Under the pieces are notes generated by a model. It did not search any database and was not told where the DNA came from. It saw nothing but the letters and a program-made list of their open reading frames with translations. A program made the translations under genes and the position numbers. From a virus, in IMG/VR virus record IMGVR_UViG_3300050343_000212: a stretch of DNA of 64,000 nucleotides, one strand, 5' to 3'. Below, piece by piece: positions 1-9,671 of the stretch (its first letter is position 1; the number at the start of each line of letters is the position of its first letter).

Positions 1-1764
1 CTGACTACAAATTTCATCGACATCGTTCTTATATGTATCAATTGGAAGAATTCCATCAGCATACTTTGTACGACCAAAATTTCACACCATCCTTTCTCTT
101 TAGCAATTTGATTAGATGCTTTAAGAAGATAATATTGGAAGGATTCTGACAATCCATGAACAGCATCCCATGCCTCTTGTGAGTCGTATGCGTACCCCAG
201 TTTGGCAAGGTAATGTGCTAGACCAATAAATCCTACTCCAAGCGATCTACGTGCCTTTGTAGCGCGTTCTGCTGCCGCTACAGGATACTCTTGATAATCA
301 ATCAATTCCTCAAGACCACGAACAGAAAGATCACAAAGATCTTCTAGTTCTTCATCAGATTTAATCTTACCAACATTAACAGCAGAAAGAATACACAATG
401 CAATCTCACCCAACTCATCATCAATATGACTAATTGGATCTGTTGGTAAAGTAATCTCCTGACACAGGTTACTCATATTAACCTTATCCTTAAAGGAAGA
501 GTGACTATTACAATGATCAATGTTCATAGATACAAACGACCAGTCTCTGCTCTCTCCTTTAGGATATTCAGAATAAGTTCTTGTGCCCCGATAGTCTTTC
601 TTGGAACAGACTCATCTGATTCATAGTCCACATATAGATCGTCAAATGTATCAGTACCAAAAGCATCATACAGACCTGGTACGTCATGCGGTGAGAATAA
701 GCTAATCTCTCCATTCTGGATGAAACGTTCGTAGAAAAGTTTTGAAATTTGGATTGAGTAGTCAAGTTTGCGTACCCGATTGTCTTCTGTGCCTTTGTTG
801 TTCTTGAGAACAATAATATCTTCTATTTCTTGGTGCCAGATAGGAAAGTGAACTGTAGCAGAACCACCTCTGATGCCGTTTTGAGTGCAGCATCGTACAG
901 TTGATTCAAACTTTTTAAGGAAGGGGACCACGCCTGTGTGTTGTACCTCTCCGCCTCTGATTTTAGCGTTGATGCCACGGATTCGACCTGCGTTGATGCC
1001 GATTCCTGCGCGTTGTGCAACATATTTACCAATAGCCATGTCACTGCTAAAGATAGAATCGAGGGTGTCATCAACATCAACGAGAACACAACTCGCAAAC
1101 TGACGCAGTGGGGTTCTGACCCCTGCCATGATTGGCGTTGGGATGTTGAGTTTGTGTTTGCTGATTGCGTCATAATACCTTTTGACATAAGACATTCGTG
1201 TGTCTTTTGGATACTCTGAGAAAATAGTCAGAGCGATCATCATATACATGAACTGAGGAGTTTCATAACTCCACCATTACTTCTATCTTGTACTAGGTAT
1301 TTATCCACAACCTGTCTTAGACCAGCATATGTGAATAAGAAATCACGTTCATGATCAATATAACCATCTGCCTTGGCAATTTCTTCTTTAGAATATTTAA
1401 TAAAGATACCCTTATCATACACATCAGAATTAGTGCAACTCATAATATGAGTTTCTAATGCAGGCATCTGGCGCATCTTTCCATACAAACTCTTTCTTAC
1501 AGAAAAAAGAAGAAGTCTAGCAGCAACGAATTGATAATTAGGATGGTCCAAATCAATCAAGTCACTTGCAGACTTAATCAAAATCTCCTGGATTTCTCCA
1601 GTAGTAATTCCATCATAAAACTGGATACCAGATTTCATCTCAACCTGACTCGCAGAGACCCCTGCAAGACCAGTACATGCCTCCTCAACCATAAGATGCA
1701 TCTTATCAAGGTCTAGAGACTCAATACGTCCATCTCTTTTTTTAACCTTTGTGCCGTTGCTCAT
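1..1764 (-). CDS. nrdA: Ribonucleotide reductase class Ia alpha subunit, runs off the window start, with several 1-nt frameshifts (~1250, ~525, ~78)
   Basis: ATP-cone N-terminus (VKKRDGRIESLDLDKM), RQFASCVL, GIRGGSAT; after manual frame correction MNIDHCN and SNLCQEITLP; ATG at 1764 overlaps the primase stop. Confidence 0.95.
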
Positions 1765-2325
1765 ATTTTTTTCCAAGTGTTAAACTTAAGTTTTGCTTCT
1801 AAACCAGAATATGTGTTTGATTCTGAACATTATGGTTAAGTATTTAACAGGGTTACGATCTAGGGCTCTTCCCTGTATCCCTACCAACACATTATTTCTT
1901 ATTAAGGGTATGACAATCCTAGGATCCTCATGTTTACTGTCACTGCCGGTAAACTTATTAAAGTCTTCACAGAAATAGAAGTCACCAGAAAAGATTGCCC
2001 TGTCTTCTAAGTATTTCTTAGTCCTAGGTACATCAAAAGCTTTTGGCAGGTCCATCTTCGCCCTCTTCTCAAACTTAGGTTTGGAAGTATCTATTGTTTT
2101 GAATACACCCTCAGGAGTTTCAGTCACAAAATTCTTACCGGTGTGACCCTCTTTGAATTTCTCAAAGGTATATTGTTTATGTGTCTCACAATCAACCTCT
2201 TTAAGGAAATTGTTAAACGACAAACTCACACCGCAGTTGTGGCACTTATAATTTGTATTGTTCTTGACTCTATACAGGTATCCACGAGCCTTATTCTTAT
2301 GCTTCTGGGAATCACCACAAAGGGG
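1761..2325 (-). pseudogene. gp61: DNA primase gp61 remnant: N-terminus and TOPRIM region missing
   Basis: Zn-finger CGDSQKHKNKARGY...YKCHNCG read manually at 2325-2230; RIVIPLI...GIQGRAL; jumps at ~1824 straight to the terminal ESNTYSGLEAKLKFNTWKKI*. Confidence 0.85.
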
Positions 2326-2551
2326 TCATGATCGCTGTCCATTTTATCACGGAGTTTGTCGATTTTATCAAACAATACTTCGTCAATTTCTTCTTGCTTA
2401 GAAATTCGTTGTTCATGAACCGCTAACATGCGCGACACATTATTATTTACCTCTGCAATTTTTTCAATTGCAGAGTCAACCTTGAGACCAAAGTCTCAAA
2501 GTTTTCCAATCTTGTTTCTAAAACAGCAACCTTAACTTCATTTTCTTCCAT
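2326..2551 (-). pseudogene. Coiled-coil hypothetical protein, C-terminally truncated and fused to the primase remnant
   Basis: Manual read MEENEVKVAVLETRLENF...MLAVHEQRISKQEEIDEVLF; junction at ~2326. Confidence 0.5.
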
Positions 2552-2552
2552 C

Positions 2553-2700
2553 TTAAGGTTTCCAAGTTTTTCTTACACCCTTCATATAGATATATTTCTT
2601 TTTCTTCTTTAATCTTACTGGTGGATCATCACCTGCTTCAACTGTACCAGCAATTTTTCCCCCACCAACATTATTAGTAGGCAGCGGACATTAATTGTTC
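2553..2700 (-). CDS. Small basic hypothetical protein (start uncertain)
   Basis: Manual read PTNNVGGGKIAGTVEAGDDPPVRLKKKKKYIYMKGVRKTWKP*. Confidence 0.4.
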
Positions 2701-2714
2701 TTGAAACTGTTGAA

Positions 2715-3095
2715 AGGTTTTCATTATTTTTGTATATTGTCTGCAATTTTTCCAAACAATTCATATCAATTTGAATATCATGCATAAATGTTTTTGGATA
2801 TTCTGGAAGTCTTCTAGAAATAGTACAAAAGTTTTCATAGAAGACCAAAGATCATCTTCAATTTTATAGAACAACATTGGAGTTGTTGCTTCACCAAAGA
2901 TATTATAAAGAATAATAAAATGATTAAAAGAAGATGAGTCTTTAGTTGACCAGTATTTTTATATCTCGTTTCAACAATCTTTTAATATATTTAAAATGAT
3001 TTAGATCTTTATCAAAATCATCTTTAGTCACTGCCTGAGGATTCTCATAATTTTGAATGGCAAACAGAAGAAATTATCTTCTTCAATTCAATTCA
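2715..3095 (-). CDS. Hypothetical protein (frameshifted; boundaries approximate)
   Basis: Manual read across frames: QNYENPQAVTKDDFDKDLNHFKYIKRLLKR...HLLLNHFIILYNIFGEATTPMLFYKI. Confidence 0.55.
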
Positions 3096-3694
3096 TATCA
3101 ATTAACCATTTCAAATATTTAGATGTTATGCAGCAATAGTCAATGTGCCAGCAGCAGTGCCAATAGCAGTAGAACTTGTAATAGATGAGTTCAGTTGTTG
3201 TACCAGTATCCTTAATTGTTGAACCACCGTTTTGTGCAAGTGGGTTAGCAATAACATTGAGTACATCAAGCATTTATATCTGCTGATGCTGCACCTAATG
3301 TCTTACCAAATATCAATTCATTAGTACCTGATCCACTAACATAAAGACAAGTTTGATGTCTTGCTGCGTCTGTTGTGTTATTAACAACGAAATGTGGCGT
3401 TCCAGTTACAGTTACTGCTTCATTCCATCTTACACGCATAGAGATTGTACCACCAGCACCTTTACTAAAGGCGGTTGTCATAAATTCAATCTCAGTGATT
3501 GTAGCATTTTGTAGTCTATCAGCAAGATCACCAATACAACATAAAACTTCAGGTTGTGCATTTACATTACCATTGCCGGTCATTGTGGATCCACCTTCAA
3601 CAACCCATCCACTGTTATTAGCATATACTTCTTTTTTCTCAGAGTCAGTAAGCCACTTTGGTTTTGACTCATCAGTTATTCCCCATAAAGGCAT
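3088..3694 (-). CDS. Late, probably virion-associated, beta-rich hypothetical protein (frameshift ~3270)
   Basis: ORFs 3266-3694 and 3088-3273 join; Thr/Gly-rich; TATAAATA directly upstream. Confidence 0.6.
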
Positions 3695-3724
3695 GGTTCT
3701 TTCCCTTAAATTCTTTTATAGAGA

Positions 3725-3732
3725 TATTTATA
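3725..3732 (-). promoter_or_regulatory. T4-type late promoter TATAAATA
   Basis: Exact match 31 nt upstream of ATG 3694. Other exact copies: 10647-10654, 17883-17890, 37286-37293, 39977-39984, 45159-45166, 63649-63656. Confidence 0.85.
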
Positions 3733-3734
3733 AG

Positions 3735-3763
3735 AAAGGAGACCTTGTAGATTGGTCTCCTTT
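3735..3763 (-). terminator. Intrinsic terminator hairpin
   Basis: Perfect 10-bp stem AAAGGAGACC/GGTCTCCTTT with 9-nt loop right after the stop at 3766. Confidence 0.75.
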
Positions 3764-3765
3764 AA

Positions 3766-3967
3766 TTATGCTTCTTCGCGATTATTGATTGCTTTAGTCA
3801 CAACTTCTAAGAGTTGATCATCCATATCAGTCTTGGTCAACTTAACTGCCTTAGCAAGAATAACAAGACAGATCTCAACCATTTTCTCACCGAGTTCTTC
3901 ATTCTCTGGAATATTTGATAGCATCTTTAATAATTTTTGATGCTAGTGGAAGTAAAAATGCAAGCAT
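3766..3967 (-). CDS. Small hypothetical protein (one frameshift; not in ORF track)
   Basis: Manual read MLAFLLPLASKIIKDA...IPENEELGEKMVEICLVILAKAVKLTKTDMDDQLLEVVTKAINNREEA*. Confidence 0.6.
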
Positions 3968-4196
3968 GGTAAAGATCAATTGATGGCCCATCACCTTTAT
4001 TATTTGACAGAGATACTTTCATCACAGGATAAACAGAGGAGAAAGTATTATATCTATTCTGTCCTGTCTCAGCTGCGGTCTGAAAGTCCTGACTTAGAAG
4101 ATCATCATCACCCTTAAACAATCTCTTGTCGAATCCAGCGTTAGGACCAGCGGAATTTGCCGCATTTGTATATCCGTCGGCACCTACTTTCATCAT
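3927..4196 (-). CDS. Hypothetical protein (3' end possibly truncated)
   Basis: ORF track; start overlaps the upstream stop (ATGA-type coupling). Confidence 0.4.
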   Translation of the reverse strand: MMKVGADGYTNAANSAGPNAGFDKRLFKGDDDLLSQDFQTAAETGQNRYNTFSSVYPVMKVSLSNNKGDGPSIDLYHACIFTSTSIKNY

Positions 4197-4702
4197 GACT
4201 TAGATTTGCCCATGAACTGTTTGAAGGTCTTACGATGACTCTTGTATGAACCAATCTGACTCTTCAGGGTGTTGTAATCATTAGCGTCATAGGACTCTCC
4301 TACTGAGGAGGATCCACCATTATCACCCCCATTCCCATTGGAACCATTTCCATTCCCATTGGAACCATTTCCATTCTTATTCTCATCATCATCCACAGTA
4401 TGCCCATTCTCTTTGCGGAGCATGCCAGCAGGACCAACCATTTTAAACCCTTTTGGAATAGGCTTACACTTCTTGTCAGTATAACAATAGTAACTACCTG
4501 ACTTACAGGTCTTATGTCCTTCTTCTACCTCTACCTTATTAGGTAGTCCTTTGTGTTTGGTTTTAGCAAACTTCTTCACGTCGGACTTAGACATGGAGGT
4601 TGCAGCTTGAGAAATCTCAGACGAGGGACTTTTCATTTCCCCTTTCTGAGTTGATCTAACCATCCCGAAGAACCTTTGTTGGGCCTTTGATTTTGCTGGC
4701 AT
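4193..4702 (-). CDS. Hypothetical protein with DUF3008-like N-terminus, small Cys module and Asn/Gly linker
   Basis: MPAKSKAQQRFFGMV...KKFAKTKHKGLP; CKSGSYYCYTDKKCKP; ATG at 4702 adjacent to upstream stop. Confidence 0.6.
   Translation of the reverse strand: MPAKSKAQQRFFGMVRSTQKGEMKSPSSEISQAATSMSKSDVKKFAKTKHKGLPNKVEVEEGHKTCKSGSYYCYTDKKCKPIPKGFKMVGPAGMLRKENGHTVDDDENKNGNGSNGNGNGSNGNGGDNGGSSSVGESYDANDYNTLKSQIGSYKSHRKTFKQFMGKSKS
4329..4376. repeat. 21-bp tandem repeat (2.3 copies) encoding NGNGSNG
   Basis: CCATTCCCATTGGAACCATTT x2 plus a partial copy. Confidence 0.9.
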
Positions 4703-4703
4703 G

Positions 4704-5834
4704 TCACTTCTTCTTGGTATCAATGATAGCACCCTGTCCATGTTTAGCACGGATACTTGCCTTCACTTTCTCAAGTGCCGACATACCGTCATAGGGTTTT
4801 TTCTTTCCACCACCCATAGCAACATTCTTGGTAGCACTATTATAACGGTTGTTGCCGTCAACACCACCACGCTCCATACGACGGTCTTTCAGAGAATCTT
4901 CGGTTGATTCACCCATTGCTTTTGTAGGTGCTTCAGACTTTTTCACCTTACTCAATCCTTGCTGTCTTTTCTGAGCAATCATTCTATCAATCATTGCTTT
5001 CTTCTTTTGAAGTTGCAGTTCTTGAGGACTCATTGATGCATCTTCACCCATGTGATCTGCTTTCTTATAACGTTTATCACCAGACATCATTTTCTGATAT
5101 GCGGGAGTGTTTCCTTTCTTATCAGCATTAGTAACAGTCATACGAGTATCTTTTGGTTCTTCCTTTTTCTTAGGAGTACCGCCATACACTGCCTCTTCAA
5201 CCTCAATCATCTCAAGGATTTGACCTCCCAATTCTGCAATAGCTTCTGTCATTCCCATGGGGGGATTGATAATAACCTTATTTTTTACCTTTTTCTCAGA
5301 GATTTTCTCTCCAGATTTAGTATCAGTCTTTCCTTTTGGTGAAGCATTTCCACCAACATACTCAGAGAGATCAGTTCTCCAAGAGACATGCTCATTGACA
5401 TCACCATCAGTATCTTTCTTATGGAGATTCTTGTAGAGGTGTTTATGGAGTGGTTTTGCCTTATTAAGGATCTTATCCTTAGTCTTATAGTTATCTTCTT
5501 CCTTCATGGAACATTCTTTTTCCTTACCATGAATAGGACAATCTTCACCCTTGGGGGAGTGATTGCATTCTTTTTTCTCATCCAATACTTCTGTTTCTTC
5601 ACCCATGAAACCGAGTTTCTGCCTCAGTGCAGTTCTCTCAGTACCACTCAGTTGATTCTTTGCAACATAATCATTAAAAGCCTTAGGTAGGGGAACACCA
5701 TCTCTACGAGATTGATATCTGATAGCCTTAGCGTGAGCTCCAACATCAGCTCCACCATCTTGCCCCCCACTCTCCATGTCTTCTTGGAGGTTTTGAAGGT
5801 AGATGGCACTCAATTCTCTGAGTTCAATATCCAT
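4704..5834 (-). CDS. Lys/Glu-rich low-complexity late protein, candidate internal head protein
   Basis: 376-aa ORF; CATAAATA late-like box at 5864-5871; modular segments bounded by hydrophobic-x-E motifs. Confidence 0.65.
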   Translation of the reverse strand: MDIELRELSAIYLQNLQEDMESGGQDGGADVGAHAKAIRYQSRRDGVPLPKAFNDYVAKNQLSGTERTALRQKLGFMGEETEVLDEKKECNHSPKGEDCPIHGKEKECSMKEEDNYKTKDKILNKAKPLHKHLYKNLHKKDTDGDVNEHVSWRTDLSEYVGGNASPKGKTDTKSGEKISEKKVKNKVIINPPMGMTEAIAELGGQILEMIEVEEAVYGGTPKKKEEPKDTRMTVTNADKKGNTPAYQKMMSGDKRYKKADHMGEDASMSPQELQLQKKKAMIDRMIAQKRQQGLSKVKKSEAPTKAMGESTEDSLKDRRMERGGVDGNNRYNSATKNVAMGGGKKKPYDGMSALEKVKASIRAKHGQGAIIDTKKK

Positions 5835-5846
5835 GAGACTGTTTTA

Positions 5847-7088
5847 CTACTTTTTCCTGTACTTATTTATGAATTGTTTACCATAATCATATCCAGGAGT
5901 CTTATCTTGTACATTCTTCAGGTACCCATCAGTTCCAATAAGGGTGTTTGGGTGTTTACCATCTCTCTTTTTCCTGTTCATTTTGACCTCAGTGTACTCA
6001 TTTAGGTCACTAATCCAGGATTTGAACATCACATTATCTTCGGTCACACAGATTAGATAGTTGGTTCCTCTACGAATGACCTTGCCGATGAGTCCAGTGT
6101 TAAGGCTCTCAACTAACTGATTAACCTTAAAAAGACCACCATTGATATAGTTTTCTCTAAGGTTTTTCCAATCAAACTTAGGTGCAATCTCCCAAAGTGA
6201 CCACCCCTCTTTGACTGACATTCTCTTTTTGAGAGTTGTCATCATCATTTTAGCAGTTTTGTCGTCGATTGTGTCAGGAATACCAGTACGATATGTCTCA
6301 AAATCGTCCTCAAGGGCCGCTTTTCTCATCTTCGACGCCGACATTCCCTCAGTTCCTTCTGCATCTGAGTCTCTATCACCAGCCGATACAGTTGCCACGT
6401 CAGAAAAATCATAGAGTTTTCCGTTGTATTCGCTAGAGAGTTTGGTGAATTCCTGAACCCGGTCACCACCAACCACAATTTTAACACTTGAATGTCCATC
6501 TGAATATGCCTGTTTCAAAACATCAAAAATAGTCTTAGAGTTGGGATCATTGACTATATTCTCAGCATAATCTGGAAAAGACTGTCTCATGACATCAACT
6601 TTCTCGTCTGGATCAAGAGGATTCTTCTTAGGATCTACTGATCTAGAGGGATATATCTTTAAAGATCCCTTACCTGCTGCCTTTTTAGCAGCATCTAATA
6701 ACTTTTTATGTCCAATCGTTGGAGGGTTGAATCTGCCGAAAGTGACTGTGAGAGGTCCAAGATCTTCTTTAGCTGACCCATCAGCTCTAGTAGGAGCTGG
6801 CATTCTTCTTGGTTTTCCATCTCCAAATGTTCCAAATTCTCCCTGCTGCACAGGCATTTGTCGGACAGATTGTGGTTCATCTGAAGATTTTAATTCTTTT
6901 TTTGGTTCTTCTTGGGATAGTTCCTTCTTAGTAAGCATCTGAAGGGTTCCCTTGCTAGTAACAGCTACCCTAGCACCCTCTTTATCATACCAATTACCAT
7001 GACCATCTCCCGTTAAACCCTTTCTTTGGGCTTGATCAGAGACGGTCGAAGTTCTAGCTTCTTTTAAAAAGTTGAAAAAACTCTTCAT
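5847..7088 (-). CDS. HxGH-type nucleotidyltransferase (cytidylyltransferase/NadD/CoaD-like) with capsid-targeting-like N-terminus
   Basis: TFGRFNPPTIGH and GMSASKMR signatures; N-terminus MKSFFNFLKE; TCTAAATA at 7111-7118. Confidence 0.85.
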   Translation of the reverse strand: MKSFFNFLKEARTSTVSDQAQRKGLTGDGHGNWYDKEGARVAVTSKGTLQMLTKKELSQEEPKKELKSSDEPQSVRQMPVQQGEFGTFGDGKPRRMPAPTRADGSAKEDLGPLTVTFGRFNPPTIGHKKLLDAAKKAAGKGSLKIYPSRSVDPKKNPLDPDEKVDVMRQSFPDYAENIVNDPNSKTIFDVLKQAYSDGHSSVKIVVGGDRVQEFTKLSSEYNGKLYDFSDVATVSAGDRDSDAEGTEGMSASKMRKAALEDDFETYRTGIPDTIDDKTAKMMMTTLKKRMSVKEGWSLWEIAPKFDWKNLRENYINGGLFKVNQLVESLNTGLIGKVIRRGTNYLICVTEDNVMFKSWISDLNEYTEVKMNRKKRDGKHPNTLIGTDGYLKNVQDKTPGYDYGKQFINKYRKK

Positions 7089-7121
7089 CAGTTATTATAT
7101 CCCATGGGATTATTTAGATGA

Positions 7122-8039
7122 TCAGGCGTATAGGACATCCTCCAGAGCATTTGTTGATGACTCTTGATCTCGGGGAAGAACATAGTTCATGACTAGAAGT
7201 TCTTCCTTTTTATTCTTGTTTTCTTTACGATGAGCGAGACTATAACGAAACTCAAAAGTTTCCATATGAAATTCATCGAACTGTTCCCTTAACCAGGGGT
7301 GTTCATTGTAGGTAATCATCCAATTGTGGGGGGTGTCCTTACACGCTTTGACGAAGCCTTCATGAGAGAAACCAGTGTGCATCTCCTTGTTCTTACCATA
7401 CAACATATCTTTGATGAGATATGGAGGGTCAAGGAATACAAATACATCCTCACCAGGAGCTTCCATCAGGTCACGATAGTCCTGATTGGTAATCCTCCAG
7501 GGTTGAATGATCTCACTGATGTTAGCAAGTTTCTTGATCTTACTCTGTGAGAAAATGGTGTTCTTGTAAGAATCACGGATGAAAGCATTCTTGTTCTGTT
7601 CAGTAAAACCACCGAAACTAGAACGATTCAGGACATAGAAAGCAGTGGCGAGTTCAAAGTCATCGTCAGAAGTGTTGATGAGATCTCTCATATCAGCATA
7701 GAGAGCTCGGTGTTTAGCCTCCAGTTCCTCAACACCCTCAGCACGACAAGCTTCATCCTTGAGTTCAAGGAGTCGATTGATAAGGGCATCAGGATTCTTC
7801 TGTAGTTGAGTCCAGAAAGCGAACAGATTGTAGTACAAATCATTGACCCAGACAGGAACACCTGGATACATGACAGAGAAAGTAAGAGCACAAGATCCAC
7901 CACCAAGGAAACCTTCACGGTATTCTTTGATGTTCTCAGGAATCATGTTCTTACGGAACAGGTAGTAAATGATCCGTGATTTACCACCGGGATACCGGAG
8001 GACAGTGGGGTACTTACGACGTTCAACGATCTTGGCCAT
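7122..8039 (-). CDS. dam: DNA N6-adenine methyltransferase (Dam/D12 class)
   Basis: LRYPGGKS, EGFLGGGS (motif I), NDL, FLDPPY (motif IV), EELLVMNY; target site not determinable from sequence. Confidence 0.92.
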   Translation of the reverse strand: MAKIVERRKYPTVLRYPGGKSRIIYYLFRKNMIPENIKEYREGFLGGGSCALTFSVMYPGVPVWVNDLYYNLFAFWTQLQKNPDALINRLLELKDEACRAEGVEELEAKHRALYADMRDLINTSDDDFELATAFYVLNRSSFGGFTEQNKNAFIRDSYKNTIFSQSKIKKLANISEIIQPWRITNQDYRDLMEAPGEDVFVFLDPPYLIKDMLYGKNKEMHTGFSHEGFVKACKDTPHNWMITYNEHPWLREQFDEFHMETFEFRYSLAHRKENKNKKEELLVMNYVLPRDQESSTNALEDVLYA

Positions 8040-8061
8040 GTAGACTCATTCCTATAATTCA

Positions 8062-8090
8062 ATATTAGCATGAAAAGACCACCCAGTCAA
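8062..8090 (-). promoter_or_regulatory. Sigma70-like promoter for the methyltransferase
   Basis: TTGACT-17nt-TAATAT with TG upstream of the -10. Confidence 0.7.
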
Positions 8091-8101
8091 GTCGGATGGT
8101 C
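8073..8101 (-). terminator. Intrinsic terminator after the nuclease-like gene, overlapping the MTase promoter
   Basis: GACCATCC-9nt-GGGTGGTC followed by TTTT. Confidence 0.6.
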
Positions 8102-8115
8102 CGGTTTGTCAAGTG

Positions 8116-9486
8116 TCAGGATAGTTTAACGTATGGTCCTGATACCCCTGTGACAGTAGAGGAAGCGTATCTATACATATCTTCCATTAACATATTTTTC
8201 TTTTTATCATCATTGATACCATTGATGATTTCAAACAATTTTACTGTAAGATACTTCGATTGTCTATAATTTGTGTCTCCTTGTAACCACCTCATCTCAG
8301 CTTCAGCTTCTTGATTTGCGTTGACAAGTCCGAGACTTTTTGATGTTTTAGCCACCCACTCAGCCATCTTTTCATCTCCCTGAACGGCAATTCTCCTAGA
8401 AGTTGGGTTGTCTGGGAGTTGATCAAATCCATGAGATTTCAGAAGGTTACTCATTGCCCCATGTCCGACCTTTCCATGTCTAGCCGATCCACCAAGAACC
8501 TCACCAGAGAAACCACCAGAACTAGTAAATGTTCTGAAGTTAACTTTGATTTCCTGAGGTCCTTTCTTCATGATGAGATAACCACTGGTTGAAGTCATGG
8601 GTGACTCCATCTTCTCATACTTAAAATCAACTGTAGATTTATCAGTAGGAAAGTTTATATCTGCGAGGTTTGCTCCTCTCTCCATCTTCTTGAGTGAAAC
8701 TCCAATGAACTTCTTGTCTTTCAAGAGTTCAAACATTCTAGCATTCAGAGTTTCCCATGTTGTGATACCAGCCAGTTCCTCCTGCAATTGTTGAGCAGTG
8801 AATCCACTCTTAGCAATGTAAATATCAGCTGGTGACCACTTATTCAGGTCACCATACCAACCCTGAACTTTCTTAACTTTCTTGAAAACATCACCAACCT
8901 TATCAACCATGTCACCACCACGGAGATACTTATATCCTTGACCGTATGGTGTTTTGAGTTTAAGTGCTCCCATGATGGATGACTTCTTCCAATCAGGATC
9001 CATCGACTCAATCTCTTCAAAGGAGGCACCTGTAGTAACACACTTGTCGTATGCCTTCTTTAGTTTCTGTGAATCAATAACACTATCAACAGTAACTCCA
9101 GCATTATCAATAACGTACTGAGCGTAAACTGCTTGACCAGATTCAGCGATCGCTGTCTTCTTAGAAGCTGAATAACCACCACCAACAGGTGGTTTTACAT
9201 TTATTCTAATTTTCTTATTCGTATTTTTAATCAGAACATCAATCTGAGTGTCCTTACTGTCAGTACTTACAATATAATTAGAGTTCTCAAGGTTCTTCTT
9301 GAGATTAGCCGTAGCTCTCTGTCTTTGAACTTGTGGGACTACTACTCTAAACGTGGCTATGATTCTGGATCTACCAGAGGCAGCCATTGTAGTTGAGAAA
9401 TCAGAGTAGTAGTTATAATCATCACTGCCCATCGCATCAACGACCGCCAACATGGCTTTCTTAGCTTCGGGAGGGATTGTACTCAT
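8116..9486 (-). CDS. Putative PD-(D/E)XK-like nuclease
   Basis: 456-aa ORF; NKWSPADIYI followed by FIGVSLKK resembles a PD...(S)xK nuclease core; family call is from motif only. Confidence 0.45.
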   Translation of the reverse strand: MSTIPPEAKKAMLAVVDAMGSDDYNYYSDFSTTMAASGRSRIIATFRVVVPQVQRQRATANLKKNLENSNYIVSTDSKDTQIDVLIKNTNKKIRINVKPPVGGGYSASKKTAIAESGQAVYAQYVIDNAGVTVDSVIDSQKLKKAYDKCVTTGASFEEIESMDPDWKKSSIMGALKLKTPYGQGYKYLRGGDMVDKVGDVFKKVKKVQGWYGDLNKWSPADIYIAKSGFTAQQLQEELAGITTWETLNARMFELLKDKKFIGVSLKKMERGANLADINFPTDKSTVDFKYEKMESPMTSTSGYLIMKKGPQEIKVNFRTFTSSGGFSGEVLGGSARHGKVGHGAMSNLLKSHGFDQLPDNPTSRRIAVQGDEKMAEWVAKTSKSLGLVNANQEAEAEMRWLQGDTNYRQSKYLTVKLFEIINGINDDKKKNMLMEDMYRYASSTVTGVSGPYVKLS

Positions 9487-9671
9487 TTTTGCAATTCCTC
9501 TAAGTAATCCAATGATACCAGTTTGCTCTCATATTCTGGTCCGAAATATTCTTTCACTTTGATCGGCACACCCATAACAGTTGGCCACCCACTCGCGACA
9601 TAGGTGTAAACAGTTTTACTATCCTCGTTCACAAAGTGAGGCCAAGGATACTTATACATCAATTTTCCCAA
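9483..9671 (-). CDS. Small hypothetical protein
   Basis: 62-aa ORF overlapping both neighbours. Confidence 0.6.
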   Translation of the reverse strand: MGKLMYKYPWPHFVNEDSKTVYTYVASGWPTVMGVPIKVKEYFGPEYESKLVSLDYLEELQK

